Under the pieces are notes generated by a model. The model was not told the DNA's origin, did not search any database, and saw only the letters and a program-made list of their open reading frames with translations. 64,000 bases of DNA from an uncultured Chloroflexia bacterium (GTDB lineage: Bacteria > Chloroflexota > UBA6077 > JACCZL01). The stretch is from NCBI GenBank assembly GCA_963765765.1, contig CAVXYC010000019.1, positions 346,055 through 410,054 of the forward strand, written 5' to 3'. How positions within the stretch are numbered: position 1 is the first letter of the stretch; each line of letters opens with the position of its first letter. Shown in pieces: positions 22,642 through 34,031 of the stretch. The translations under genes and the position numbers were made by a program.

Positions 22642-24512
22642 CACTCCTGGGAAACGTCGCCGACCTCGTTGTCTTTCTGTCGATTGCCGTTACGGCGATT
22701 GGGCTGGGACGCTGGGCGCTCACGCTCTTCGGCATTGAGCCGGCGAATGTCTGGGACGATCTGGTCTTTTCACTCGCTTTAGGTCTGGGCGTTTTCTCAT
22801 TGTCGGGAGCCGTGTTGGGGCTGATAGGTTTTCTCCGCTGGGAGATTGCCTGGGTGCTCTTCCTGGGGATGCTCGCGGTAGCTGCCTTGCCGGCCATGAC
22901 GTTGTTACGCACATGCTGGTCGGAGCTGAAGATCAGTGTCCCAAAGATGCATGGAATCTCGGCCATGGTGACCGGATTCATCGGGCTGATCGTCATTCTT
23001 TATTTCATCTCCGCGTTCCATCCGCCGATCGAGGGCGACACGCTTGCCGGATATCTGGCCACGCCCAGGCGCTACGTGCAGTTCAGCCGTATTGCCCCGC
23101 TGCCAGCAAGCTTCTATGACGATCTGCCACTCAACGTTCAAATGCTCTCCACCTGGGCGCTGCTCTTGCGAGGCGACGTGCTGGCGCAGCTCCTGGTTGG
23201 ATTCGGATTTGGAATCGCCTGTCTTGCTGTCATTACGGCGCTCTCCAGAACGATCTTCGGCGGCGGCGTCGCCGCGTGGGCGTCACTGGCATTCTTAAGC
23301 TTAGGCGCGGTCTCCTACGCCAACGATTCCACAAAAATTGATGTTGGCTGGGCTTTCTTCGATCTCGCGTCGCTCCTGGCCTTCAGCTATTGGTACTTCG
23401 CCCGCGGTGATTGGCGCTGGCTGATGCTGGCCGGTGTGCTGGGTGGGCTGGGCCTGGGCTCCAAGTACACGGCACTGTTCACGATGGTCCCTCTTGTCGC
23501 CGCTATTGCCTGGCGGACGTTGCGCTGGGATCGTGGCGATATCAAGCAGCTCATCAGCCGATGGGCCTTGTACCTCGCGCCGTGCATGGCGCTAGGTGGC
23601 ATCTGGATGCTCAAGAACGCGCTCTACGTCGGCAACCCGGTGTACCCGCTGTACAACAAGCAGATTCTGGGATACGCGGCGGAGTCGCCGCCCAATCACG
23701 CATCTGGTCTGCTTGGCATGATCACCATCATCTGGGACATGTCCATGGGGCCATTCGCGTTTGGGTTTGGGAAGACGGTTGGCCCGCTTCTTCTCGCGTC
23801 GGTCCCACTCGTTCTGCTCTTGAAAAACCGCGATCGAAAGCTCTTTCATCTGCTGGCATTCGTCGGCATTGGGTATCTGCTCTGGTACGTGGGAGTGCAG
23901 CGTGACCGAAACTTCTTGCCGCAGCTTGCTGTTCTTGGCATCTGCGGCGGGTACGCGCTGCGAGGATTCACAAGTGCCGCCAGCCCATCGCGGTACGCTA
24001 TAGCGGCGCTGGCGCTTTTGGCGCCGATCTACGCGCTCGCCACCTACAGTTGGGTCCATGTGTACCGCATGGCTCCGGTGCCATACATCATCGGATTGCA
24101 GGATCGAGAAGCGTACCTGCGGCGTAACCTTCTGGAGTGGTACCCCAGTTATGATGCGATGCTCTTCATCAACACGTATCTGCCGACCAACGCGCGAATC
24201 ATCGGTCTGCATAACGGGAACGGCTACTATCTGGACCGGGAATACATACTGTCCGATGACGTGGAGGGGCGGGTGATCCATGACGTCACGACGGATCGCG
24301 AGCTTCTCGCAGCGCTGAGGGCGCGTCGCATCACGCACGTCTTTATCAATGACTATGTGGTTCAACAGTGGCGCATGGGCTACGGCGGAAAGCAGGGCTA
24401 CACGGAGTCCCTCGTTGAGCAACCCGACTTTCAATCGCGTTATATGACGCTCGTATTCGACGAAGCCGACCAGCATCTCTACGAGCTACGCTACCCGCCG
24501 GAGCTTGGATGA
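22638..24512 (+). CDS. ArnT/GT39-like (DUF1420-like) membrane glycosyltransferase
   Basis: PPIEGDTLAGYL, KIDVG, GSKYTA, KNALYVGNPVYP, many TM segments. Confidence 0.82.
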   Translation: MTLLGNVADLVVFLSIAVTAIGLGRWALTLFGIEPANVWDDLVFSLALGLGVFSLSGAVLGLIGFLRWEIAWVLFLGMLAVAALPAMTLLRTCWSELKISVPKMHGISAMVTGFIGLIVILYFISAFHPPIEGDTLAGYLATPRRYVQFSRIAPLPASFYDDLPLNVQMLSTWALLLRGDVLAQLLVGFGFGIACLAVITALSRTIFGGGVAAWASLAFLSLGAVSYANDSTKIDVGWAFFDLASLLAFSYWYFARGDWRWLMLAGVLGGLGLGSKYTALFTMVPLVAAIAWRTLRWDRGDIKQLISRWALYLAPCMALGGIWMLKNALYVGNPVYPLYNKQILGYAAESPPNHASGLLGMITIIWDMSMGPFAFGFGKTVGPLLLASVPLVLLLKNRDRKLFHLLAFVGIGYLLWYVGVQRDRNFLPQLAVLGICGGYALRGFTSAASPSRYAIAALALLAPIYALATYSWVHVYRMAPVPYIIGLQDREAYLRRNLLEWYPSYDAMLFINTYLPTNARIIGLHNGNGYYLDREYILSDDVEGRVIHDVTTDRELLAALRARRITHVFINDYVVQQWRMGYGGKQGYTESLVEQPDFQSRYMTLVFDEADQHLYELRYPPELG

Positions 24513-24569
24513 CGCTGTCCGCGATGCGGTTGGGAAGTCTTCAGGGTCAGAGTTGGTTTCAGCGACTGT

Positions 24570-25986
24570 TTGATCATCGAAGATGACGGCTTCGCCCCGC
24601 ATGGCCTGGTAGATCGACTGCAACCGGTTGGCTGGATGCCGTTCGGTTACCTCGCGCTGGCTTCTGTCATCGCCGTCTCCATCTATGGCTTTTCGGAAGT
24701 TCCAATTGGACCGGGGCACTTCATTCTCACCGCGATCGCGCTGGCACTTGCGGCGGTTTCGTTGCTGTATCCGGCATTAGGCATCGTGTTCGTGATCGCT
24801 GCCGTGCTCATCATGCCGCCAAGCACACGCATTCCGGGGCTCGGGCCGCTGTCGCCCAACCTGCTATTTTCCGCGTGCACAGTCCTCGGGTTCCTGGTCC
24901 GGCTCGTTCGCGATCGACGATCGCTGGCGTGGTCACGATACTATTTCGCCCTTGTCCCGATGCTGATCTGGCACGCGGCGTCTGCACTGTTCGGGTACGG
25001 ACCACAATCACTATTCTTCCTGCAGACCTTCGTTCAGGGCACTCTCCCATTCACAATTTCGAGTACCGCGCAACGCACGCGGCCGATGCTGATCTTAGGG
25101 CTCATTGGGCTCGTCACGGCCTACACCGCGCGCAGTCTATACCTGCTGGTGGTGGAAGGGGTTCCCGTCGTGCTGGAATCCTTACCCGCACTTCAGCGGT
25201 GGGCTGGGCCCTCTGCGTTACGGACACACGCTTTATGGCGACCCCGCGACGGTGCTGGCATGGGTCGCGAATCTCATGGTCGGTCTTACGTTAGGTCTCT
25301 TCGTCTTTGCGCGTGGCTGGCCAAGTCGCTGTTTCTTCTTCATTACATTCGTCGTCGCCATGCTTATCGCCTGGATGAGTCTCGCGCGTGGCGGAATGAT
25401 TGGATCGACGATCGCTGTCCTTGCGGTAGGAATAATGGCGATACGGGCTCGCCAGTGGGTACCCATGGCCATTGGCGCAAGTGCGGCGGTGATCATCGGA
25501 GTATTCGTGTGCTCGTGTTTGCCATTGCTGCCGCACCTCATGGAGACGATGGGTATCGATCTTGGCGGCGGAGGTGAGACGCGCGGAGGGATGCTCGTGG
25601 AGGGCGTTTCACGATTCACAGGGCCCGGGGTCCCTAACCTGTTAATCGGGGACGGACCCGGATCGCGTCTCGGATACCACAGCTACGTAATCAATTCCGC
25701 AGTTGATTACGGCTTGCCATTCCTTGGGTTAGTCATTCTGACGTTTCGGCTTCGTCATTCAGAACGGCGCACGGCTCGTCCGTCTTGTCAGGCGCGGGCG
25801 GAGCCGCTGGTCCATGGGGCGGCGGTCGGTCTTTTCGCCGGCGCGATTGTGGCGATCTTCCAGGCGGTATTCGATACCACGCTACGCGTAGCGGGTTATG
25901 CCATGGTGTTCTGGTTCCTGCGGGGAATCGAGGCGAGTATCTTCTCAGCAGCCTTTCGTCGGAAGAGTGAGCACTCCGTTCGCTAG
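24570..25986 (+). CDS. O-antigen ligase/Wzy polymerase-like membrane protein, frameshifted
   Basis: SLARGGMIG, LLIGDGPG, YHSYVINSAVDYGLP, multiple TM segments. Confidence 0.7.
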
Positions 25987-26029
25987 GGCGCCAGTAAGAA
26001 GAGCGGACTGGCGCGCGCACCGTTTGATT

Positions 26030-26182
26030 GTGCGAGTGTTCAATATCGTCGTTGTCATTGCGGCCGCCTGGATGATCGCCATCAACGCCGCCTTCTACGT
26101 GGCAGTCATCCGCGAGTTTGCCCCCGAGCTTTTCGGCATCACGGTCTGCTGGCGCGTGGCTGATAGAGCATGCGCATGTTGA
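26030..26182 (+). CDS. Small single-TM protein
   Basis: VRVFNIVVVIAAAWMIAINAAFYVAVIREF; same position relative to a GT-C gene as the 22513 ORF. Confidence 0.4.
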   Translation: MRVFNIVVVIAAAWMIAINAAFYVAVIREFAPELFGITVCWRVADRACAC

Positions 26183-26202
26183 CGAGGTCGGGCACAGGCG
26201 TC

Positions 26203-28206
26203 ATGTCTGGACTGTGGCGATCCCGCGGCGTTCCAGCGATGCTGGAAGCCGTCTCGGTGTGCTCCACTTGGCGGGAAATTGGCGAAGACCGTCGCAGTCC
26301 AAACGGGGGCCGGGCCGATTCGACCCTCAAGTGCGGCCAAGTTAGCCGTGCTGCAATCCTCATCACGTCGCCATCGCATGCTCCGCATACGGTTATGGTT
26401 TGTGGATTCTGAAACGGCTGGGCACTTGCCGACCGGTACAGCTCGAACGGTCTGTGTTTGCCATTTTGCTCGGTGCGGGAGTGTTGACTTTCCTGGTACT
26501 GGGAATTGGCCTCGTCGGTGCGCTGACAACATTGATTGGCTGGATCGTCGTGTTAGCGGGTGTACTCTCGCGGCGTTCATGTTGCGGCGGTTGCGATTCG
26601 AAACGGCGATCACTGGTTCACTGAGAAAAGCCATCGCCAGATTCCGCCAGCAGGATCTACTTTCGCCTGGGGCTGCTGGCTGTTTCTCCTGCTGAGCGCG
26701 TCGCTCAACTTCCTCGCCGCTCTCGCTCCAGATCTCCGGCACGGACGTTCTCGCGTACCACCTTGCAATTCCGAAGCTGTACGTCGAAGAAGGTCGGATC
26801 CGGTACGTGCCGGGCGTTTACTACTCCACGGCCGCGTTTGGTCTGGAGATGATCTTCACCCTCGCCATGCTGCTCGGCTCACCGATCGCGGCGCAGGTCA
26901 TCCACTTCAGCTTTGGGATCATGGCTGCGTCCGTCGTATACTTGCTGGGCGCCCGAGTGTATTCACCGCGCGTGGGGCTGCTTGGGCGCAACGCTCTTCT
27001 ACGCGATTACCGACGTGAGCGTGCAGTCGAGCATCGCGTTAATCGACCTCGGCGCTGCCGCGTACTTGCTCGCTGGCATACTGGCGGCGCTGCGGTGGCG
27101 CGAGCAGGGCGGTCGCTGGATTGTGGTGGCGGCGCTCTTGGCAGGACTGCACGCGGGTACGAAGATGCCCAATCTCGCCGCCGCTGGCGCACTCTGGCTT
27201 GCAATGGCCATCGACGTCGCGATGCACCGACAGCTCAGAGCCGCGCTGCAGCCACTCGCCGTGGCCGCTGGGATCATTCTCGTTGTGGCGGCGCCCTGGT
27301 TCATCCGAAGCTGGGCCTGGACCGGAAATCCCGTGTACCCCTACCTAAACTCCGTGTTCCAGGGCCGGGATTTTTCCGCCGAAGCATCAGAGCGGCAGCT
27401 CGCCATTCAGTACTACAAGACCATTGGCGACCGGTCCCTGGATCGCCTGATTCTGGCGCCCATGCTCCTGACCTTTACGCCCGATGCATTCCGAAGCGGC
27501 TATCTGGGCCCGGTGTTTCTGGCTGCGCTGCCCTTTCTCTGGCTGTCCCCGGTTACGCGGAGCGTCCGATTCCTCCTCATCGTTGCGCTGATCTCACTGC
27601 CCGCTTGGTATTTTCTCTACCCTCGCCTGCGGACGCTGCTGCCCGCCATTGGCACTCTAGTCGGACCTGCGTCCGCCGCGCTTCTCGCGCTGCTCCGCAT
27701 CCACCCTCTCACCCGCGTGATCGCGGCCGTCAGTCTTGTGTTATGGCTATCTAACCGCGCTGGCCGCTAATGGGCGCTATCATCTCCCGGCTGTCCCCGT
27801 AGCGCTGGGCCTGGAATCACAGGACTCATTTCTGCGCCGACGACTGCCCCTCGCGGACTCCCAATTCTTCTGGTACGACGATTTCATGGCGATCAATCGA
27901 ATTCTTCCATCCGATGCGAACGTACTTCTCTGGGACACACGCGGCTACTACCTGGAGCGTAAATACATCTGGGCCAATTCCGTCGCACAGGGCCTCATTC
28001 CGCAAGCTCAGCAGGAGCGTCCTGCTGAGCTTGTGGAGGCGCTGCGTGGGCGTGGCACCACACACGTTGCCATGTTTCCAGGGGAGGCGTCCGCGACCTC
28101 CGATGTGCCCATTGAACGCCTTCAACGGACATTGCAGGCAAGTGGGAGTCTGAGGCCGATCTACCAGAGTGAGACGATGGTATTGAGTGAGTTGATTCAG
28201 CGATGA
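26203..28206 (+). CDS. ArnT/GT39-like membrane glycosyltransferase, paralog of 22638; frameshifted
   Basis: DVLAYHLAIPKLY, LIDLG, GTKM, RSWAWTGNPVYPY, RGYYLER, LRGRGTTHV. Confidence 0.75.
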
Positions 28207-29153
28207 CCCGCTGGCTCATTCGCCTCATCGGAATCGCGATATTCCTGGTTCTGCTCTCACGCCTGGATGTCGGCCAGCTTCAGCAAATGCTCCAGCGTAC
28301 TGATGGCTTCGCCGTGGCCCTTGCAATCGGCCTGGTCATCCCATTCTTTGCCCTCAAAAGCTGGCGTTGGCAGTTGTTGCTGGAGCGCGCCGGAATCAAC
28401 GTATCGATCGGACAAAGCCTCTGGCTGTACTTCATAGGACTCTTCGCCGGGTACGCCACTCCTGGCCAGGTCGGCGAGGCTGTCAAGGCGATGTATCTTG
28501 CTCGTTCAGGCCACGCCATGGGTCCGGCATTGGCAACGATTGCGCTCGATCGCATCCTGGACATGCTGCTTCTCGTGGTGCTGGCTGTCCCTGGCGTGCT
28601 ACTGGTTGGTGAGAGCCTGGGTCTGGACCGCTTATTCACACTAGCTGCGCTGGTGCTGGCCCTGGGAGGGTTGATTCTAGGGCTATGGATCATTACATCC
28701 CCGGCCCGACTGGAGCCTCTGACTCGCCACTTGTCATTACTCCGCTACATGCCGGAAAAGCTTACGTGCGTTTTTCAATCGCGTGAGGGTTCTAGTTCAC
28801 TGAGCTTTGGCACAGTTGCACGATCCTGGTCACTCTGGCTACTCACGCTGGCCGCATACACCGTTCACTACGTACGGTTCTACGTCCTGCTGCTGGCCCT
28901 GCATATCAGTGCGCCGCCACCTGTGCTGGCGTTCGTGGCTACACTCGCGTTGGTATCGGTGGTGGCGCTCGTTCCGGTCACCATCATGGGCGTGGGAACT
29001 CGCGATGGCGTCCTGGTGCTCGCCGCCGGCGGATTGGGACTGAGCTATGAGGAAGCTGTCGGATTCTCGCTTCTCATTCTCCTGACTTATCTCGCAAATC
29101 TCGCTATCGGCTTTGTGTGCTGGATGGGTGATCGGTCGGTGGTGAAGGCGTGA
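28203..29153 (+). CDS. LPG-synthase TM domain / flippase-like protein
   Basis: KSWRWQ, TPGQVGEAVK, DRILD, PVTIMGVGTRD. Confidence 0.88.
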   Translation: MTRWLIRLIGIAIFLVLLSRLDVGQLQQMLQRTDGFAVALAIGLVIPFFALKSWRWQLLLERAGINVSIGQSLWLYFIGLFAGYATPGQVGEAVKAMYLARSGHAMGPALATIALDRILDMLLLVVLAVPGVLLVGESLGLDRLFTLAALVLALGGLILGLWIITSPARLEPLTRHLSLLRYMPEKLTCVFQSREGSSSLSFGTVARSWSLWLLTLAAYTVHYVRFYVLLLALHISAPPPVLAFVATLALVSVVALVPVTIMGVGTRDGVLVLAAGGLGLSYEEAVGFSLLILLTYLANLAIGFVCWMGDRSVVKA

Positions 29154-30412
29154 GCGACAGCGTGACGGAAAAGGTCCTGTACGTTCACCTGGGCGGCGAG
29201 TTCGGTGGAGCTCCGTTCAGCATGATCCAGCTCGCTAAGTCCCTGCCGCCCGATGAGCTGGAGCCTGTGCTCATCTTCTCTAGTGATGGTCCGGTGGTTC
29301 AGTACGCACGCCACCTTGGACTCCAGGCCCGGGTGGTTCCATTCCGGGATAGTTTGTTTTACGGAGCCCATACGTCGTTTCAGCCCATGATGGTCGCGCG
29401 ACTGGCGGCGACCATGCGACCGACTGTCCGTCGACTTGAGCGCGTTATGGCGGAAGAGCGCCCCGCTATGGTTCATCTCAACACCATCGTGCTCGTGCAG
29501 GCAGCGCTGGCAGCTCGTCGGCATGGTGTCCCAATCATCTGGCATGTCCGCGAGGTGCTTGGTGATCTGGCGCTAGTCCGTGCGCTTCAGATTCGCCTCA
29601 TCACATCTCTCGCGACGCGCATCATCGCGAACTCAAATGCTTCCGGTGCGCCGTTCGCAGCCAGCGGAAAGGTCGTGCGCGTCTACAACGGCATCGACAC
29701 GGAGCAATTTCGCCCTGGTTCTACCGCGGAACGGGCGCAGATTCGCGCCGAGCTCGGACTCCCAGAGGATGCCCTCGTCGTTGGAATGATTGGAAGCGTC
29801 CAACAACCCAAGGGGCATTTCGTCATGCTGGACGCCCTCCAGCATCTCTGTGACCGATTCAGGGACGTTCGTCTTTTGCTGGTCGCGGGTGGCGTGCCCG
29901 AAGGCTATGCGGAGTCATGGAAGGGCCGCGTCAAACGTGTGTTGCACAGACCATATGGCTTGCTCGAGGATATGCTCGAGCAAGCCGAGAAGCGTGGGTT
30001 GCGGGGTCAAATCCATGTAACCGGATATCGATTGGACGTTCCCCGCATGCTCTGGGCCATGGATGTTCTGGCCTTTCCGAGCCAGAAGCCCGAAGGATTT
30101 GGGCGCCCGATTGTGGAAGCCATGTCCGCGGGACTTCCGGTAGTTGCGGTCAATGTCGGAGCGAGTCCGGAGCTTGTGCTTCACAGCGAGACCGGACTCT
30201 TGGCGCCGCCTGGTGATGCCCGCGCCCTCGCAGACGCGCTTGGCTGGATCCTGACCCGCCCGGATCTGCAGATGTCTATGGGGCGGGTTGGTCGAGAGCG
30301 CGCCGTCGCAATGTTTTCGGAATCTGAGTACACCGCGTCGGTGCTTCGCGTCTATCGCAAGGTGTTAGCGGATGCGCGGGTGCAAAAGCCGGCTTCCGGA
30401 GCACATCGCTGA
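29150..30412 (+). CDS. Glycosyltransferase family 4
   Basis: GGAP, WHVRE, YNGID, KGH, PEGFGRPIVEAMSAG. Confidence 0.92.
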   Translation: MSDSVTEKVLYVHLGGEFGGAPFSMIQLAKSLPPDELEPVLIFSSDGPVVQYARHLGLQARVVPFRDSLFYGAHTSFQPMMVARLAATMRPTVRRLERVMAEERPAMVHLNTIVLVQAALAARRHGVPIIWHVREVLGDLALVRALQIRLITSLATRIIANSNASGAPFAASGKVVRVYNGIDTEQFRPGSTAERAQIRAELGLPEDALVVGMIGSVQQPKGHFVMLDALQHLCDRFRDVRLLLVAGGVPEGYAESWKGRVKRVLHRPYGLLEDMLEQAEKRGLRGQIHVTGYRLDVPRMLWAMDVLAFPSQKPEGFGRPIVEAMSAGLPVVAVNVGASPELVLHSETGLLAPPGDARALADALGWILTRPDLQMSMGRVGRERAVAMFSESEYTASVLRVYRKVLADARVQKPASGAHR

Positions 30413-30779
30413 CAAACCCGGCTGTGTCGGCGCGACCTCAGTAAACAGTCATCTCTCGACTCGGCTCATGGTCGCCGTCCTGGTTGCTCTTGGGCTACTC
30501 GCGGTGACCCTGGGAGCTATGAATCTCGATGGCCCGTCGGGGTTCGACGAGGGTATTGATGCTTCGGCACTGCTGCTCATGCGTAATGGGCTTCTCCCGA
30601 ATCGTGATTTCTTTCATGCTCAGGGGCCACTGTTTCTCTTCTTAGTCATGCCCGCTTTTATCTTCGGTGGCGAGACGTTGACGCTGCCCGCGCGGGCGTG
30701 GCATTGGCATTCTTTACGGCCACGACACGGTCCAATTCGAATCGGGATGGCTCAACCAATAGGCCGTGAGTCAGGCTGA
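30372..30779 (+). pseudogene. Truncated N-terminal fragment of an ArnT/PMT-like glycosyltransferase
   Basis: TM followed by FDEG...GLLPNRDFFHAQGPL, then coding signal is lost. Confidence 0.55.
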
Positions 30780-30932
30780 GCCTCGCCAGGCAACGCCTTT
30801 TGTCTATTCGGCCTTTCTGACGTTGGCCGAGACCATTGATCTTCGCTGTGCTAACCGCATTAGTCTAACCGCGCTGTCGAAAGTGCGTTCCCTCGATACC
30901 GGTGAAGTCGCATTTCGTTCACTTTGATAGAA

Positions 30933-32273
30933 ATGGGAATGAGATTCGGGATCAGCGCGGTTTTGGCCGTCGTGGTTGTTGTGTGCGGGATTGTCATCCA
31001 CTCCATCGGCTACGCCGCAGAAATAGATCTCGGAGGCCCGGAGCGCTCGCCCGGGGATGAGATCAGTTTTATTGGGCCCGATGGCGGACTCTGGCTGACA
31101 CAGATCTCCCGTGGATCTATGCGCCTGCTTCTGGCGCAGGGCGAGTTCGCAGACTATTTCTGGGCACCCGACGGAAGCCGCATAGCGTACATCGCGGCGG
31201 ATGGAAGTCTCTCGACCCTCGAGGTTGTGTCCGGCAAACGCGTGCGACTCAGTGATGCGTCTGTTGGCGAGGTGGAGTGGTCGCCGGGCAGCGAGCAGCT
31301 GATTTTCACGCGCGATCAGCATCTCTGGCTCACGGCGGCGCGCGGTGGCACGGCAAACAAGCTTACTGAGTGGAGTCCCACTGGTGACGATCGTCTCGCG
31401 GAGCTCCTATGGTCCAGTGATGGTCGGTTCGCCGTGTATCAAATGAGTCGCGAGCAGGGAACCCGCGAGCTTGCCGTCGTTGACGTAAAAGCTCGCAAGA
31501 CCCAGACGTACCAGCTCGCCAATACATTCGGGGCCACGGAGGCCGCCGCCGTTTCTCCCGATGGGCGAACCATTGTCGTGCCTCATTGGCAGCAGGGCGA
31601 GAGCTCAGATTCAGTCTGCCGCCGATTTGGATCACCGTTGACCGCCGCCGCTTCTACCCTGGATGGCAGCGCGCAGCTCACGCAGGTAATTGAGACAGTA
31701 AGCTTGCCGGGTATGGAACGACACGCCATAGCGTGTTGGCCCCTGAGTGACGCCGAAGCGATTGCCACGGGCTGGTTTCCCCCGTCGTTCGTACGAGATG
31801 GCCAGGTGGCGCTGGTTTCAGCCATCGATGCGCCGTCCGGAATTGTTGCGATCGATCGCTCTGGTGGAGTTATCGATCCGCGCACACTGAGCCTCGTGAG
31901 CCTTTCGGAAGAGGGTGGCAGCATCGCGCGGCGCTATCCCACAGAAGTGACCTCGAACGGGCGAGTTGCCGCGGTGGCGTATCGTCAGGACGTCGTTCAG
32001 AGCCAAGGGGTATGGTTTTCAATCGAGCTTCACGTTGTGGAGCCGTTCGCTGAAGGTGGTTCGCGTCGTGACGTGATACTGCGAGACGGGTGTTTATGTC
32101 CGGACGATCGGTCTGACACCAACGTGTCAGACCTGCGTCTATCCGCCGATAGCCATCGTGTAGCCTTCACATACTTCCAGAACGGAGTCAATCGAGTCGC
32201 TGTCGCATCGCGCAGTGGGGAGGTTGCAATTCTCGGCGACGGTGAGCGTCCGGTGTGGCGGCCCAGCGAGTAA
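30933..32273 (+). CDS. Secreted TolB-like (PD40) beta-propeller protein
   Basis: Signal peptide; WAPDGSRIAY, WSPGSEQL, WSSDGRF, VSPDGRT, PVWRP. Confidence 0.8.
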   Translation: MGMRFGISAVLAVVVVVCGIVIHSIGYAAEIDLGGPERSPGDEISFIGPDGGLWLTQISRGSMRLLLAQGEFADYFWAPDGSRIAYIAADGSLSTLEVVSGKRVRLSDASVGEVEWSPGSEQLIFTRDQHLWLTAARGGTANKLTEWSPTGDDRLAELLWSSDGRFAVYQMSREQGTRELAVVDVKARKTQTYQLANTFGATEAAAVSPDGRTIVVPHWQQGESSDSVCRRFGSPLTAAASTLDGSAQLTQVIETVSLPGMERHAIACWPLSDAEAIATGWFPPSFVRDGQVALVSAIDAPSGIVAIDRSGGVIDPRTLSLVSLSEEGGSIARRYPTEVTSNGRVAAVAYRQDVVQSQGVWFSIELHVVEPFAEGGSRRDVILRDGCLCPDDRSDTNVSDLRLSADSHRVAFTYFQNGVNRVAVASRSGEVAILGDGERPVWRPSE

Positions 32274-32324
32274 GAGGACGCAAATTTGCGCGGTAAGTCC
32301 GTGCTACTATGGGGAGGTTGGCAG

Positions 32325-32906
32325 ATGGCGGTAATGGTTCGAGGATATTTGGTATTAGCCTTGGTCATGCTCGGCGCTCAGCTCACAACTGGTTCGGCCG
32401 CCGCCGCGCCAGCGAGCGACTACGCGCGGGTAATTGAACGGTACGGCGCCGCAATCCGAGAGGATTCAGCTCCTACAGCCCCGGTGCTCATGAACGCAGC
32501 CTGCAATGACTCGTACCTGATCATTGGGTCCAATGGTCCCTGGAAGGAAGTATTCAGTGTCGTTGGCGTTCCGGACGAGGAGAGCGAAACTGAAGAGAAT
32601 GACGTGTTCGGATGGATACTCGCCGAACATACTGTCATCGGCGAAGATCCAGGACCGATTGATTGCGGTGCATCCCCGACTTATCAAGCCGGACGCATGG
32701 TTCAGAGCTCGACTGAAAGCGGTTGCATGACGCTTCGATCTGAGGCGAGTTTTGGAGCGGGCGAATCAGACTGTCGTCCAGATGGCACCCCGTATGAGGT
32801 GGTCGGCGGTCCAGTCGGTGGTGGGGACGAATGGTACGAGGTGCGTCCCACATCCGGCGGACCAAACGGTTGGGCCCGCGGTCGAGAGCTGTTCCCCATC
32901 CCCTAG
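32325..32906 (+). CDS. Secreted protein with SH3b-like domains
   Basis: Signal peptide; IRED...W..V...FGWI and LRSE...YEVVGGP..WYEV...GWA. Confidence 0.55.
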   Translation: MAVMVRGYLVLALVMLGAQLTTGSAAAAPASDYARVIERYGAAIREDSAPTAPVLMNAACNDSYLIIGSNGPWKEVFSVVGVPDEESETEENDVFGWILAEHTVIGEDPGPIDCGASPTYQAGRMVQSSTESGCMTLRSEASFGAGESDCRPDGTPYEVVGGPVGGGDEWYEVRPTSGGPNGWARGRELFPIP

Positions 32907-32939
32907 CCTGAGGCCAGTCTCAATGCATGGATCGGTGGC

Positions 32940-33302
32940 TTGATGGCGCGCGTACTCGTTGTTGACGACGACGTGAACATCCGCGAATTTGTCAGCCTTG
33001 CGCTCATCGGTGAAGGCCACGAGGTCGAGGTCGCGTCTAACGGGGCCATTGCACTTGATGTGGTTCAGGTAACGACACCCGACGTCATTTTGCTCGATAT
33101 GCGAATGCCAGTGATGGACGGTTGGCAGTTTGCCTCCGCCTACCGCGAGTTCCCCGGTCCAAGGGCCAGAGTCGTCGTTATGACCGCGGCTCGTGACGCA
33201 GCTCGCAGTGGAGCGGAGATTAGCGCTGACGGGAACCTCGCCAAGCCATTTGAGCTCGACGACCTGTTGGATCTCGTGGAGCGTCTAGCTGCAACTGTTT
33301 AG
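32940..33302 (+). CDS. Single-domain response regulator receiver
   Basis: VLVVDDD, LLDMRMPVMDG, MTA, KPF. Confidence 0.93.
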   Translation: MMARVLVVDDDVNIREFVSLALIGEGHEVEVASNGAIALDVVQVTTPDVILLDMRMPVMDGWQFASAYREFPGPRARVVVMTAARDAARSGAEISADGNLAKPFELDDLLDLVERLAATV

Positions 33303-33335
33303 CCCGTTTGCGCTCCCGACCTGACGGGGTTCCGC

Positions 33336-33917
33336 CTAGTAGTCGAGCCCTCGGCGAGCTTGATGACCCTCGTCGAACGGGTGCTTGATCTTCTTCATCT
33401 CGGTGACTAGGTCTGCAAGTGGGGTCAGCTCGTGAATGAACTGCTCGTCTGCGTCATGACCGGTGAGAAGCAGATTCTGGCGGCGTGGACGCGATTTGAT
33501 GAGGTCGATCACCTGCTCCAGGTCAATCTGACCCTGGCTGATGGCGCCGAGTAACTCATCAAGGATGATCAGCTCATACTTACCGCTGGCGATTTGCTCG
33601 CGCGCAATTTCAAGGCCCTTCTGCGCGGCCTCGCGATGTGCTTCAAATGGGTGGGTATCGCCGAGAATGTTTACGAAGCCGATACCAGTCCAGAGGAGCT
33701 CAAAATCGGGTTGGAGCCGCCTGGCGCCGACGATCTCCCCCATGGGCTGGCCCGGCGGCCATTCGCCGGATTTCGTGTACTGAATCATGGAGACTTTCCA
33801 GCCGCGACCGACAGCGCGTAGCGCCATTCCAAACGCCGCGGTGGTCTTTCCTTTTCCCTCACCGGTGTAGATCATTACCAGACCAGGGAGGCCGCGTTCA
33901 TCGTCCTGAGCAGTCAT
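33336..33917 (-). CDS. cobO: Cob(I)yrinic acid a,c-diamide adenosyltransferase
   Basis: YTGEGKGKTTAAFG, ILDE, LTG, ADLVTEMKKIKHPF. Confidence 0.95.
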   Translation of the reverse strand: MTAQDDERGLPGLVMIYTGEGKGKTTAAFGMALRAVGRGWKVSMIQYTKSGEWPPGQPMGEIVGARRLQPDFELLWTGIGFVNILGDTHPFEAHREAAQKGLEIAREQIASGKYELIILDELLGAISQGQIDLEQVIDLIKSRPRRQNLLLTGHDADEQFIHELTPLADLVTEMKKIKHPFDEGHQARRGLDY

Positions 33918-34031
33918 GCCCGGCATTATCGCAGTTCACCGACCAAGGCGCTCCGCGCAGTGTGAATCTAACGGATGTTTACGCTCGATGCGCCTAGGCG
34001 TAGGGTCACGTCCAACGTATGGGCGGTGGGT

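Noticed and set aside
23592-24476. 294-aa minus-strand ORF
   Set aside because: Antisense to the well-supported GT-C gene
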